From assembly GCA_041660065.1 (NCBI GenBank), contig JBAZXC010000007.1, positions 1 through 46,976 on the forward strand: a stretch of DNA of 46,976 nucleotides. The letters run 5' to 3'. A program made the translations under genes and the position numbers. The notes under the pieces were generated by a model. That model did no database searches, was not told the origin of the DNA, and was given only the letters and a program-made list of their open reading frames with translations. Every line of letters starts with the position of its first letter. Position 1 is the stretch's first letter. Positions 23,338 through 31,887 of the stretch are shown one piece after another. Source of the DNA: Parcubacteria group bacterium. Its GTDB lineage: Bacteria; Patescibacteriota; Minisyncoccia; Moranbacterales; GCA-2747515.

Positions 23338-24054
23338 ATGACTTATCAGGTAAAAACAGAGCAGTTTGAAGGTCCGTTGGATCTTCTTTTAGACTTGATC
23401 GAGAAAGAGCGGGTGGATATCACGCGTGTGTCACTTGCGCGTATCACAGATCAATATCTTGACTATATCGGCAAGAAAGAAATCATCTCTCTGCACAATT
23501 TGGCGGATTTTTTGACCGTTGCGGCGAAATTGATTCTCATCAAATCGCAAGCGCTTTTGCCACTTCTCAAATTGGATGATGATGAGGAAGACGATTTGCA
23601 AGAACTGGAAAAGCAACTTGCGGCGCTCAAAGTGTTCAAGGATCATAGTGAAAAATTCACGCAATTTTTTGTGCAGGCGCGAAGCGCTTACGGGAACAAA
23701 GGCATCTGGGGACAAGAAGCATTTTTTTGTCCGCCGGAAGGCATCACTGTGCAGGATCTGCGTGGGGCGTTTCTGTCATCTCTGCATACGATCCCGCGAT
23801 TGGAAGCGTTGGAAGAAAAGATCATGAGCGATGTGATCACGCTGGAACGGCGGATCATGTCGATCCAAAAGAGCGTGCAAGAGCGTGCCGAGATGGCTTT
23901 TTCAGAATTGACGGCGAACGCCAAAGATCGCGCGGAAGTAGTTGTGTCATTTTTGGCACTGCTTGAGCTCGTCAAGCAAAGGATCATCATTGTCAGACAG
24001 AAGGGGCTTTTTGATGATATTATTTTGAAAAATGAAAAAACGATTAACTCGTAA
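23338..24054 (+). CDS. scpA: Segregation and condensation protein A
   Basis: FEGPLDLLLDLIEKERVDI N-terminal kleisin motif. ATG 23338 is preferred; the upstream extension translates repeats. Confidence 0.92.
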   Translation: MTYQVKTEQFEGPLDLLLDLIEKERVDITRVSLARITDQYLDYIGKKEIISLHNLADFLTVAAKLILIKSQALLPLLKLDDDEEDDLQELEKQLAALKVFKDHSEKFTQFFVQARSAYGNKGIWGQEAFFCPPEGITVQDLRGAFLSSLHTIPRLEALEEKIMSDVITLERRIMSIQKSVQERAEMAFSELTANAKDRAEVVVSFLALLELVKQRIIIVRQKGLFDDIILKNEKTINS

Positions 24055-24067
24055 ATGATTTTTATAT

Positions 24068-24643
24068 ATGAGCAAAAACGAAGGACAAATGATCGCGATG
24101 ATCGAAGCAATTCTCTTTATGTATGGCAAGGATGTGAGTTTTGCACGCATTGCGGAACTCGTGGAAGGCACGGAAGATGCGGTCAAGGAGCAGGTATTAA
24201 AATTGCAAGAAATTTATGCATCGCGCGACGGTGGGTTGCAGATCATGATCAAAGACGATCATGTGCAGATGGTCACACATCCTGCAGTCGCTGACATGAT
24301 CGAACAGATCACAAAAAAGGAAATCGAAGGTCCGCTGACGCCTGTCGCGATGGAGGTATTGTCGATCATTGCGTATCGCGGTCCGATCGGCAAGGTGGAT
24401 ATTGAGGCGATTCGCGGTGTGAATTGTTCGTTTACGTTGCGCAATCTGGTACGGCGCGGTCTGATCGAACACGTGCGTGTTGATGAGGGACGGCGTGCAC
24501 AGCGGTATCAGGTGACGATGGACTTTTTGCGCATTCTCGGGATTGCAACTGTGGAGGATCTGCCGGAATTTATCGAATTATCAACAGACAAGCGGATCGA
24601 TGCGATTCTTTACAGCGAGCAAAGCGGTACGCAGGAAGCATAA
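24068..24643 (+). CDS. scpB: Segregation and condensation protein B
   Basis: IEAILFMYGKDVSFARIAEL and winged-helix repeats, directly downstream of scpA. Confidence 0.92.
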   Translation: MSKNEGQMIAMIEAILFMYGKDVSFARIAELVEGTEDAVKEQVLKLQEIYASRDGGLQIMIKDDHVQMVTHPAVADMIEQITKKEIEGPLTPVAMEVLSIIAYRGPIGKVDIEAIRGVNCSFTLRNLVRRGLIEHVRVDEGRRAQRYQVTMDFLRILGIATVEDLPEFIELSTDKRIDAILYSEQSGTQEA

Positions 24644-24658
24644 TGGAGAGGGTATGTT

Positions 24659-25747
24659 TTGTGTAATGATTTCATGATAGAAAAATTGACGAAAAAACAA
24701 CGGGAGATCTTTGCCACATATCCGATCGCGATATTGGTGTTTTTTGGTTTTTTGGTGAGTGTGAGCGTGTATGTGCATCAGATCTATATGCAACCGGTTG
24801 CTGATCATACGGAAAAAGTGATTGTGCAGAGTGATCCGAAAATACAACAAGAAAAACAACAGCGTGTGCAAGAAATTTTAGCAAAGCAAAATGATGCAAC
24901 GGCACGCGTCATTTACCAGCCGATAAAAAACAAAAATGCACAAGATCTGGCTGTGGAAAATGCACATGCGGCAATCGTACTCGACGCAGAGTCGGGGACG
25001 ATCTTGTGGCAAAAAAATGCAACAGAAAAAAGGTCTCTTGCGTCGATCACAAAACTCGTGACGGCAATGGTTGTGATCGATCGCATGCGTGATCTGAATG
25101 AAGTCGTGACAATTCCGGAAAGCGTCATGGGTATTGAGGGGACGAAGGTGGGGTGTCCGACATCCGTGATCTGCAATTCACCACGGTTGTATCCGGGGGA
25201 AAAGGTGCGGATCAAAGATTTGTTGTCAGCAATGCTCATGTATAGTGCAAATGATGCGGCAACGGTTTTGGGTATGCATGTCGCCGGCAGTGAAGAAGAA
25301 TTTGCCATTTTGATGAATGCGCGCATGAAGGAACTGGGTGCGGGGAATACGCATTTTTGTCGTCCGTCGGGATTGGAGCTGGACGTCAACGAGGAATCCT
25401 GCTATTCCAGTGCATATGATATTGCGCGTGTGATGGCGCATTTGTTGCAACATGACAAATATGATGTATTATGGGAGATCATGCGTACGGATGAAACGAC
25501 ATTTTCTTCTGTGGATGGCAGTGTGACGCATGAGTTAAAAAATACCGATCGTTTGATCGGAGGGATGTCAAATCTTGTCGGCGCAAAAACGGGTTTTACG
25601 CCACGTGCCGGATATTGTCTTGCTCTTGCGGCATCGGATCCGTCTGGCAAACATCATGTGGTTACGGTTGTTTTGGATGATTACCATCGTTTTGATGATG
25701 TGGAGATGATGAGTGCGTGGGCATTTGCCAATTATACGTGGCAGTAA
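24659..25747 (+). CDS. D-alanyl-D-alanine carboxypeptidase (serine peptidase S11, PBP5/6-like)
   Basis: SxxK (ASITK), SxN (YSAND) and KTG (AKTGFT) motifs plus an N-terminal TM anchor. The start is TTG 24659 (GGAGAGGG 6 nt upstream) or ATG 24674. Confidence 0.9.
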   Translation: MCNDFMIEKLTKKQREIFATYPIAILVFFGFLVSVSVYVHQIYMQPVADHTEKVIVQSDPKIQQEKQQRVQEILAKQNDATARVIYQPIKNKNAQDLAVENAHAAIVLDAESGTILWQKNATEKRSLASITKLVTAMVVIDRMRDLNEVVTIPESVMGIEGTKVGCPTSVICNSPRLYPGEKVRIKDLLSAMLMYSANDAATVLGMHVAGSEEEFAILMNARMKELGAGNTHFCRPSGLELDVNEESCYSSAYDIARVMAHLLQHDKYDVLWEIMRTDETTFSSVDGSVTHELKNTDRLIGGMSNLVGAKTGFTPRAGYCLALAASDPSGKHHVVTVVLDDYHRFDDVEMMSAWAFANYTWQ

Positions 25748-25794
25748 GTATGTATGTGGTATAATAATCATATATGAGACCATTTAATTCTCAT

Positions 25795-25864
25795 GTCATA
25801 CTGAACTTGTTTCAGTATCTATATATAGCATAAGCGTGAGGTCCTGAAACAAGTTCAGGATGAC
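25795..25864. repeat. Two GTCAT-headed hairpin units in inverted orientation (25795-25819 and 25840-25864)
   Basis: GTCATACTGAACTTGTTTCAGTATC and, reverse-complemented, GTCATCCTGAACTTGTTTCAGGACC. The 15-nt cores are exact complements. Confidence 0.9.
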
Positions 25865-25923
25865 AGAAGTTTGCTTTCAATAATCGCTTATATAAAAATA
25901 ACATTTATATTAAATCAGTTATT

Positions 25924-27018
25924 ATGATCGATTGGATTTACGCGGAACCGGAAATACAAGATGTGATCAAGGTCATGCTGACCGGGATCATTGCTTTCGT
26001 TTTTGCGTTTTTGATTACGCCGATCTGGACGCACTTTTTGTATAAATACAAACTGGGGATCAAGATCAAAGAACATGGCGTGCAAGGAGAGACGTTGCAA
26101 TATATCAATGTTTTACATGCCAATAAGTCAGGCACGCCAACGATGGGTGGCGTGATCGTGTGGGTGACCGTTCTCCTTTTTATTTTTGCGTCACAATATA
26201 TCTTTCCGATGATTGCACATCTTGTAGATAGTGCGTTTCTGGAACGATTGGATTTTTTATCACGCAAGCAGACATATCTTCCACTTTTTGCACTTGTGGC
26301 AACCGGTATTTTGGGACTTTTTGATGATATAATGAGCGTGCGCGGATGGGGTGGCAACAAAGGCGGTGGCATGCGTTTTGCCGCACGGTTTGGATGGCTT
26401 TTCGTTATTGCGGGGATGGGTGCATGGTGGTTTTACTACAAACTTGGATGGGATATGATCCATATCCCGGCAATGGGAGATTTTAACATCGGTCTGTGGT
26501 ATGTGCCACTTTTTATATTTATCATTATCTTTGCCGCTTTTTCTTCCAATGAAACGGACGGACTGGACGGACTGAATGGCGGGATCCTGATGATGGCATT
26601 TGCCACCTTTACAATGATCGCTTTTTTGCACAACAAAGTTGATCTGGCATCATTTTGTGCTGCGATTACGGGCGCGCTTCTGGCATTTCTTTGGTTCAAT
26701 GTGTATCCGGCACGATTTTTTATGGGGGATACCGGTGCAATCAGTCTTGGTGCAACGCTTGGTGTTGTGGCATTGTTAACCAATTCTGTCGTTGTTCTTT
26801 TTATCATTGTTTTTGTGTATGTTTTGGAATCAGGAAGCGCACTTATGCAAATGACGTCAAAAAAGTTTTTCAAACGGAAGATCTTTCTTGCGGCGCCAAT
26901 CCACCATCATTTTGAAGCGATGGGATGGCCGGAGCCAAAAATCACGATGCGAGCATGGATCTTCACAGCAGTAATGGCAATCCTCGGTCTGATCATCGGT
27001 ATTATCGGCAAAGGATAA
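25924..27018 (+). CDS. mraY: Phospho-N-acetylmuramoyl-pentapeptide transferase
   Basis: GTPTMGG, DDIMSV, NETDGLDGL, FMGDTGAISLG and PIHHHFE motifs. Confidence 0.96.
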   Translation: MIDWIYAEPEIQDVIKVMLTGIIAFVFAFLITPIWTHFLYKYKLGIKIKEHGVQGETLQYINVLHANKSGTPTMGGVIVWVTVLLFIFASQYIFPMIAHLVDSAFLERLDFLSRKQTYLPLFALVATGILGLFDDIMSVRGWGGNKGGGMRFAARFGWLFVIAGMGAWWFYYKLGWDMIHIPAMGDFNIGLWYVPLFIFIIIFAAFSSNETDGLDGLNGGILMMAFATFTMIAFLHNKVDLASFCAAITGALLAFLWFNVYPARFFMGDTGAISLGATLGVVALLTNSVVVLFIIVFVYVLESGSALMQMTSKKFFKRKIFLAAPIHHHFEAMGWPEPKITMRAWIFTAVMAILGLIIGIIGKG

Positions 27019-27060
27019 TTTATGGAATAAATAATATATAGTGTAAAAATACAAATAATT

Positions 27061-28110
27061 ATGAATATCAAAAAAATACAAGATGCCGATGTCCAAGGGA
27101 AAAACGTAATTGTGCGCGTGGATTTCAATATATCGATCGATGACACAAAGGACGTGAAGTCTTCATATAAACTGCGTGCGGCGCAAGAGACGATCGAACA
27201 TCTTTTGCGCAGTGGAGCAACGCATGTGGCGCTTTTGACACACTTCGGACGTCCGGATGCAAAAGATGATCCGGATAATTCTGTGCAAAATATTGCGGAT
27301 GATGCAGAGCGCATTTTGGGGCGGAAGATCGTTTTTGTGTCAGACTGCATCGGTGAAAAAGTCGTTGATGCTCTTACCGCAACTGATCCTGGCACAATTT
27401 TGCTTTTGGAGAATGTCCGTTTTTATGCAGAGGAGGAGACTGATGATGCGTCATTTGCATCGGCATTGTGCGCGCCATTTGATATCTATGTCAATGAAGC
27501 ATTTGCTGTGAGTCACAGGAAGCATGCGTCCGTGCATGCGATCACACGGTGTCTTGATGCGTATGCCGGCTTGTGGTTGCAGAAAGAACTGGACAATTTG
27601 GAAAAGGTAAAAAATGATCCGCAGCATCCGGCAGTGGCGATCATCGGTGGTGCAAAGATCGAAACAAAAATTCCCGTGATCAACGAATTGGCAAAAAAAT
27701 ACGATAAAGTTCTCGTCGGGGGTCGCACTGCTGTTGAAGCGCAAGAGCAAAAGTTGGTGCTGGGGGATAATGTCATATTTCCTGTCGATTTTATGGATCA
27801 ATTTTATGACATTGGTCCACAGACGATCGAGCGATTTTGTCAGGAGATCGCTACTGCACGAACGATCGTATGGAACGGACCGATGGGGAAGATCGAGGAT
27901 GACGAATACAAAAAAGGCACGCTTGCACTTATCGAGCAGATTACTGCAAATACGGAAGCATACAGTTTGATCGGTGGTGGAGAGAGTGTGCAAATGGCAG
28001 AGGAAAGCGGATTGATAGAAAAATTCTCTTTTGTGTCTACGGGTGGTGGTGCAACGCTTGTGTACTTGGGCGGTGAGGAAATGCCAGGGATTGATGTATT
28101 GATGAAATAG
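27061..28110 (+). CDS. pgk: Phosphoglycerate kinase (short, 349 aa)
   Basis: VRVDFN, LLENVRFYAEEE, GGAKIETKI, WNGPMG and STGGGATL motifs. About 45 aa shorter than typical PGK in the C-domain. Confidence 0.9.
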   Translation: MNIKKIQDADVQGKNVIVRVDFNISIDDTKDVKSSYKLRAAQETIEHLLRSGATHVALLTHFGRPDAKDDPDNSVQNIADDAERILGRKIVFVSDCIGEKVVDALTATDPGTILLLENVRFYAEEETDDASFASALCAPFDIYVNEAFAVSHRKHASVHAITRCLDAYAGLWLQKELDNLEKVKNDPQHPAVAIIGGAKIETKIPVINELAKKYDKVLVGGRTAVEAQEQKLVLGDNVIFPVDFMDQFYDIGPQTIERFCQEIATARTIVWNGPMGKIEDDEYKKGTLALIEQITANTEAYSLIGGGESVQMAEESGLIEKFSFVSTGGGATLVYLGGEEMPGIDVLMK

Positions 28111-28140
28111 ATGATCAAGAATTTTGAATTTAAAATTCTG

Positions 28141-28185
28141 AACCTTGCCTACCCTGCCTACCGGCAGGCAGGCGGCAGGCAGGTT
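28141..28185. repeat. Self-nested palindrome: a 20-bp core inserted at the centre of another copy of the same palindrome
   Basis: AACCTTGCCTAC [CCTGCCTACCGGCAGGCAGG] CGGCAGGCAGGTT. Removing the bracketed 20 nt restores a 25-nt copy of the 15234-15257 palindrome. Confidence 0.9.
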
Positions 28186-28318
28186 TTGAATGAATGGTAC
28201 AATGATAAAATGAGAGAAAAATATTTTAGTGATTTGATTTTTGGAATCATTTTTGTAATTATGGTACTATAAAATAACGAGGTTCATATAAATTGAAAAT
28301 AATAAAATAAAAAAAACA

Positions 28319-29569
28319 ATGACAAAAATTACAAAAATTATGGCGCGGGAGATCTTGGATTCTCGTGGTAATCCGACGGTTGAGGCGGAAGTCCACCTTG
28401 AGGATGGGACAAAAGCATGGTCACAAGTACCAAGCGGGGCATCAACTGGTGAATTTGAAGCGCTGGAATTGCGCGATGGAGATGCAAGGCGTTTTGATGG
28501 TAAAGGCGTGTTGAAAGCGGTGGAGCATGTAAATGGAGAGATTGCGGGAAAGATCGTTGGTATGGATGTACAGGAGCAATTGGCGATCGATGAGGCGATG
28601 ATCGCGCTTGACGGCACGGAAAACAAGGCGCGCTTGGGTGCAAATGCAATTCTTAGCGTGTCACTTGCTGTGTGTCGTGCCGGTGCAATCGCCGTTGGAC
28701 AACCATTATACAAATATATTACACAGATCCATGGTGGAAAAACTGTGCGGATGCCTGTGCCGATGTTCAATGTGATCAACGGTGGCAAACATGCAGACAG
28801 TGGCTTGTCGATCCAGGAGTACAAGGTCGTGCCACGTGGCATCAAGACGTTCAAAGAGCAATATCGTGCGGGCGCGGAGATTTTTCATGCATTGCAAAAA
28901 AATCTTTCTGAAAAAAAATTATCTACAGGAGTTGGAGATGAGGGTGGCTTTGCACCGCGCCTGGAAAGCAATCATGCACCGCTTGTGGAGATCAAAAATG
29001 CTGCAGAAAAAGCGGGGTATGCGATGGGTACCCAAATCAGTATCGCGATCGATGCCGCGGCAAATTCTTTTTATTGTCAGGATTGCAAACAATATAAATT
29101 TGAACTGGAGGATGAGTCACTCACCAAAGAGCAACTTCTCGCACGCTATGATGAATGGGTCGCCAACGATCATGTGTTTAGCATTGAGGATGGTTTGACG
29201 GAGTATGACTGGACAGGGTGGCATGAGATGTACGAAAAATTCAATGAGCGCATTATGCTTATCGGTGATGACTTGCTCGTAACCAATACAAAGCGATTGC
29301 AACGGGCGATCGATGAAAAATCCTGCAATGCCGTACTCATCAAACCAAATCAGATCGGTACGGTATCAGAAACGTTGCAATGTATTGCGCTCGCGCAAAA
29401 GAATAATATGCGCGTGATCGTATCGCATCGTAGCGGGGAAACGGTTGATGATTTTATTGCGGATCTTTCAGTGGGTGCTGGTGCGGATTTTATCAAGACG
29501 GGGTCGCTTTCTCGCGGTGAGCGATTGTGTAAATATAATCGCTTATTGACAATTGAAGAACAACTATAA
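28319..29569 (+). CDS. eno: Enolase
   Basis: AREILDSRGNPTVEAEV, SGASTG, IKPNQIGT, SHRSGET. Confidence 0.97.
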   Translation: MTKITKIMAREILDSRGNPTVEAEVHLEDGTKAWSQVPSGASTGEFEALELRDGDARRFDGKGVLKAVEHVNGEIAGKIVGMDVQEQLAIDEAMIALDGTENKARLGANAILSVSLAVCRAGAIAVGQPLYKYITQIHGGKTVRMPVPMFNVINGGKHADSGLSIQEYKVVPRGIKTFKEQYRAGAEIFHALQKNLSEKKLSTGVGDEGGFAPRLESNHAPLVEIKNAAEKAGYAMGTQISIAIDAAANSFYCQDCKQYKFELEDESLTKEQLLARYDEWVANDHVFSIEDGLTEYDWTGWHEMYEKFNERIMLIGDDLLVTNTKRLQRAIDEKSCNAVLIKPNQIGTVSETLQCIALAQKNNMRVIVSHRSGETVDDFIADLSVGAGADFIKTGSLSRGERLCKYNRLLTIEEQL

Positions 29570-29575
29570 AAAAAT

Positions 29576-30604
29576 ATGATGCACGATCAACAGAAAGTTC
29601 TCTGCATCGGCAGTATGGGAAAAGATATTTTTTTCCCCATTGATCCGACGCAGTTGCCACATGACGCACATTGCTCTGATACGCAGGCAAAATGGTTTCG
29701 TTTTGCCTATGGAAGCAAAATCCATGTGGAAGACCGTTTTAGCGCATTGGGAGGTTGTGCATGCAATGTGTCGGTGGGATTGTCACGCTTGGGGATCTCT
29801 GCTTCAGCGTGCGGCAATGTCGGCAATGATGCGGAGGGGCGATGGATCACGGAGTTTTTGAAAAATGCGCGTGTTTTTACAGAAAAGATCCGTACTGTCG
29901 ATGATGCCAAAACTGATTTGTCGATGATTTTGGTGGATAGCACCATAGGAGAACGAACGATCTTTGTCAATCGTGACGTGGGGGAAAAACTTGTGATCAA
30001 CGCACAGGATATTTCCGGTGAGCAGTGGTGTTATATGGGCTCTTTGTATGGTGAACATATTCAAGAAAATATGCGTGTTGTACATCGCGCTCTGGTGGAA
30101 CAGTCGGTAAAGTTGGCATATAATCCCGGAGGCAGTAATATTGCACATGATACCGATGTTGTTTTGGATCTCATCCACCATGCATATGTTGTTTTTGTGA
30201 ATCGTTCAGAGGCACGAGACATTGTGGCACAATTTAATTTGCCGCATAATGTGGATGATCAGCACGATGAAACGTTTCTCACTCACACGATCAAACAGCA
30301 TATGAAGAGTGACAATGGTGTGGTTGTATTGACGGATGGACGCAATGGCGCGTGGGCGTATAACGGAGAATATATCGTGCATACGGAAGTGATTGAAAAA
30401 AAGGTGTGTGATGCAACGGGTGCGGGAGATGCTTTTGCGAGTGGTTTTTTTGCAGGGTTTTTGCAGGGTTTTTCAGTGGAAAAATGTATGCAATGGGGGA
30501 GTGCAAACAGTGATGCTGTTATCGATTATTACGGTGCACAAGAGGGTTTATTGCTGTATGATATAATAGAGGAGCGTTCACAGACGTTTGTGGTGAAAAA
30601 GTAA
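29576..30604 (+). CDS. PfkB-family carbohydrate kinase
   Basis: C-terminal DATGAGDAFASGF motif and an N-terminal GG dipeptide region. Substrate not assignable. Confidence 0.8.
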   Translation: MMHDQQKVLCIGSMGKDIFFPIDPTQLPHDAHCSDTQAKWFRFAYGSKIHVEDRFSALGGCACNVSVGLSRLGISASACGNVGNDAEGRWITEFLKNARVFTEKIRTVDDAKTDLSMILVDSTIGERTIFVNRDVGEKLVINAQDISGEQWCYMGSLYGEHIQENMRVVHRALVEQSVKLAYNPGGSNIAHDTDVVLDLIHHAYVVFVNRSEARDIVAQFNLPHNVDDQHDETFLTHTIKQHMKSDNGVVVLTDGRNGAWAYNGEYIVHTEVIEKKVCDATGAGDAFASGFFAGFLQGFSVEKCMQWGSANSDAVIDYYGAQEGLLLYDIIEERSQTFVVKK

Positions 30605-30613
30605 AATATCTTC

Positions 30614-31876
30614 ATGGGTTTATTTGGCAAAATCGCACAATTGAAAATGGATAAAAATTATTATCTCGCGCTGGATATCGGCACGGAGGTTGTAAAGGCG
30701 CTTGTTTTTACGTTGGATAAAAAAGAGAAAAAAGGTATCGTGATCGGTGTGGGACGAGAAAAACAAGATCGTGGCAACATGCAGAGTGGTGCAATTTCGG
30801 ATATTGGCGGTGTGATCAAAACATGTCAAAAAGCGATCGATCAAGCCAAGAAAAAAGCAAACATAAAAGATGTGTCGCCGGCAGTTATGGGTGTTGCGGG
30901 AGAGTTGGTCAAAGGAACGACAACGACAGTACATTATGAACGTGCCAATCCATATGTGCGCATTGAATTGCCGGAGCTTAAAGAGATCATTCAGCGCGTG
31001 CAATGGAAAACGTTTGAGCGCATCAAAGAGCAGATGGAATGGGAAATTGGACGTTCTACGGATGTAAAATTGATCAATGCGGCAATTGTTGATGTGCGTA
31101 TCGATGGTTATCGTGTGACAAACCCATTGAATTTTCAGGGCAAGAGTTTGTCAATCAGCGTATTCAATGCGTATGCACCGATGATGCATTTGGGGGCGGT
31201 TGATACGATTGCGGAGGAATTAGGCTTGGAATTGATCCGTGTGGCGGCAGAGCCATATGCTGTTTCCGCATCTGTCGGGTATGAGGACATTTTGGACTTC
31301 AATGGAATTTTTATTGATATTGGTGGGGGTACGACTGACATTGCCGTTGTGCGCAATGGCGGGTTGGAGGGGACAAAGATGTTTGCTTTGGGAGGACGTG
31401 CTTTTTCAAAACGGTTGGCACAAATGCTCCGTATACCTTATGAGGAGGCTGAGGTATTGAAGATGAAGTATGCGTATGGTAAACTGCCCCAGAACGTTTC
31501 TGAACAATTTGCGAGAATATTACTTCAAGATAGCAAAGTGTGGTTGGGTGGCGTGGAGTTGTCACTGATGGAATTCGCGGAAAAAGATCTGTTGCCGGCA
31601 AATATCTATCTGTGTGGGGGAGGCAGTGCGTTACCGGAAATCGGACAAGTGCTTCTGAGTGAAGAATGGGCAAAAAAATTGCCATTCACCAAAAAACCGC
31701 GCGTAAACTTTTTACAGCCAAAGGATGTGATCAATATAATCGATCAAACGGGGGAGTTGGATAATCCGCAAGATGTTACGCCGATGGCACTGGCAAATCT
31801 CGTTGTGGAAACATCCACAAAAGAAAAGGCGATTTCACAGATCCTTCAGCGCGCGATGCGCGATGTGCAGAAATAA
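30614..31876 (+). CDS. ftsA: FtsA-like actin-fold ATPase (cell division protein FtsA family)
   Basis: LALDIGTEVVKA phosphate-1, IDIGGGTTDIAV phosphate-2, CGGGSALP adenosine motif. Confidence 0.75.
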   Translation: MGLFGKIAQLKMDKNYYLALDIGTEVVKALVFTLDKKEKKGIVIGVGREKQDRGNMQSGAISDIGGVIKTCQKAIDQAKKKANIKDVSPAVMGVAGELVKGTTTTVHYERANPYVRIELPELKEIIQRVQWKTFERIKEQMEWEIGRSTDVKLINAAIVDVRIDGYRVTNPLNFQGKSLSISVFNAYAPMMHLGAVDTIAEELGLELIRVAAEPYAVSASVGYEDILDFNGIFIDIGGGTTDIAVVRNGGLEGTKMFALGGRAFSKRLAQMLRIPYEEAEVLKMKYAYGKLPQNVSEQFARILLQDSKVWLGGVELSLMEFAEKDLLPANIYLCGGGSALPEIGQVLLSEEWAKKLPFTKKPRVNFLQPKDVINIIDQTGELDNPQDVTPMALANLVVETSTKEKAISQILQRAMRDVQK

Positions 31877-31887
31877 ACGACAAATTT

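Noticed and set aside
27061-28110. pgk as a pseudogene because it is about 45 aa short
   Set aside because: The reading frame is intact from RVDFN to STGGGATL, and all catalytic and hinge motifs are present. The shortening is an in-frame loss in a variable C-domain region, so it was called a functional short variant.
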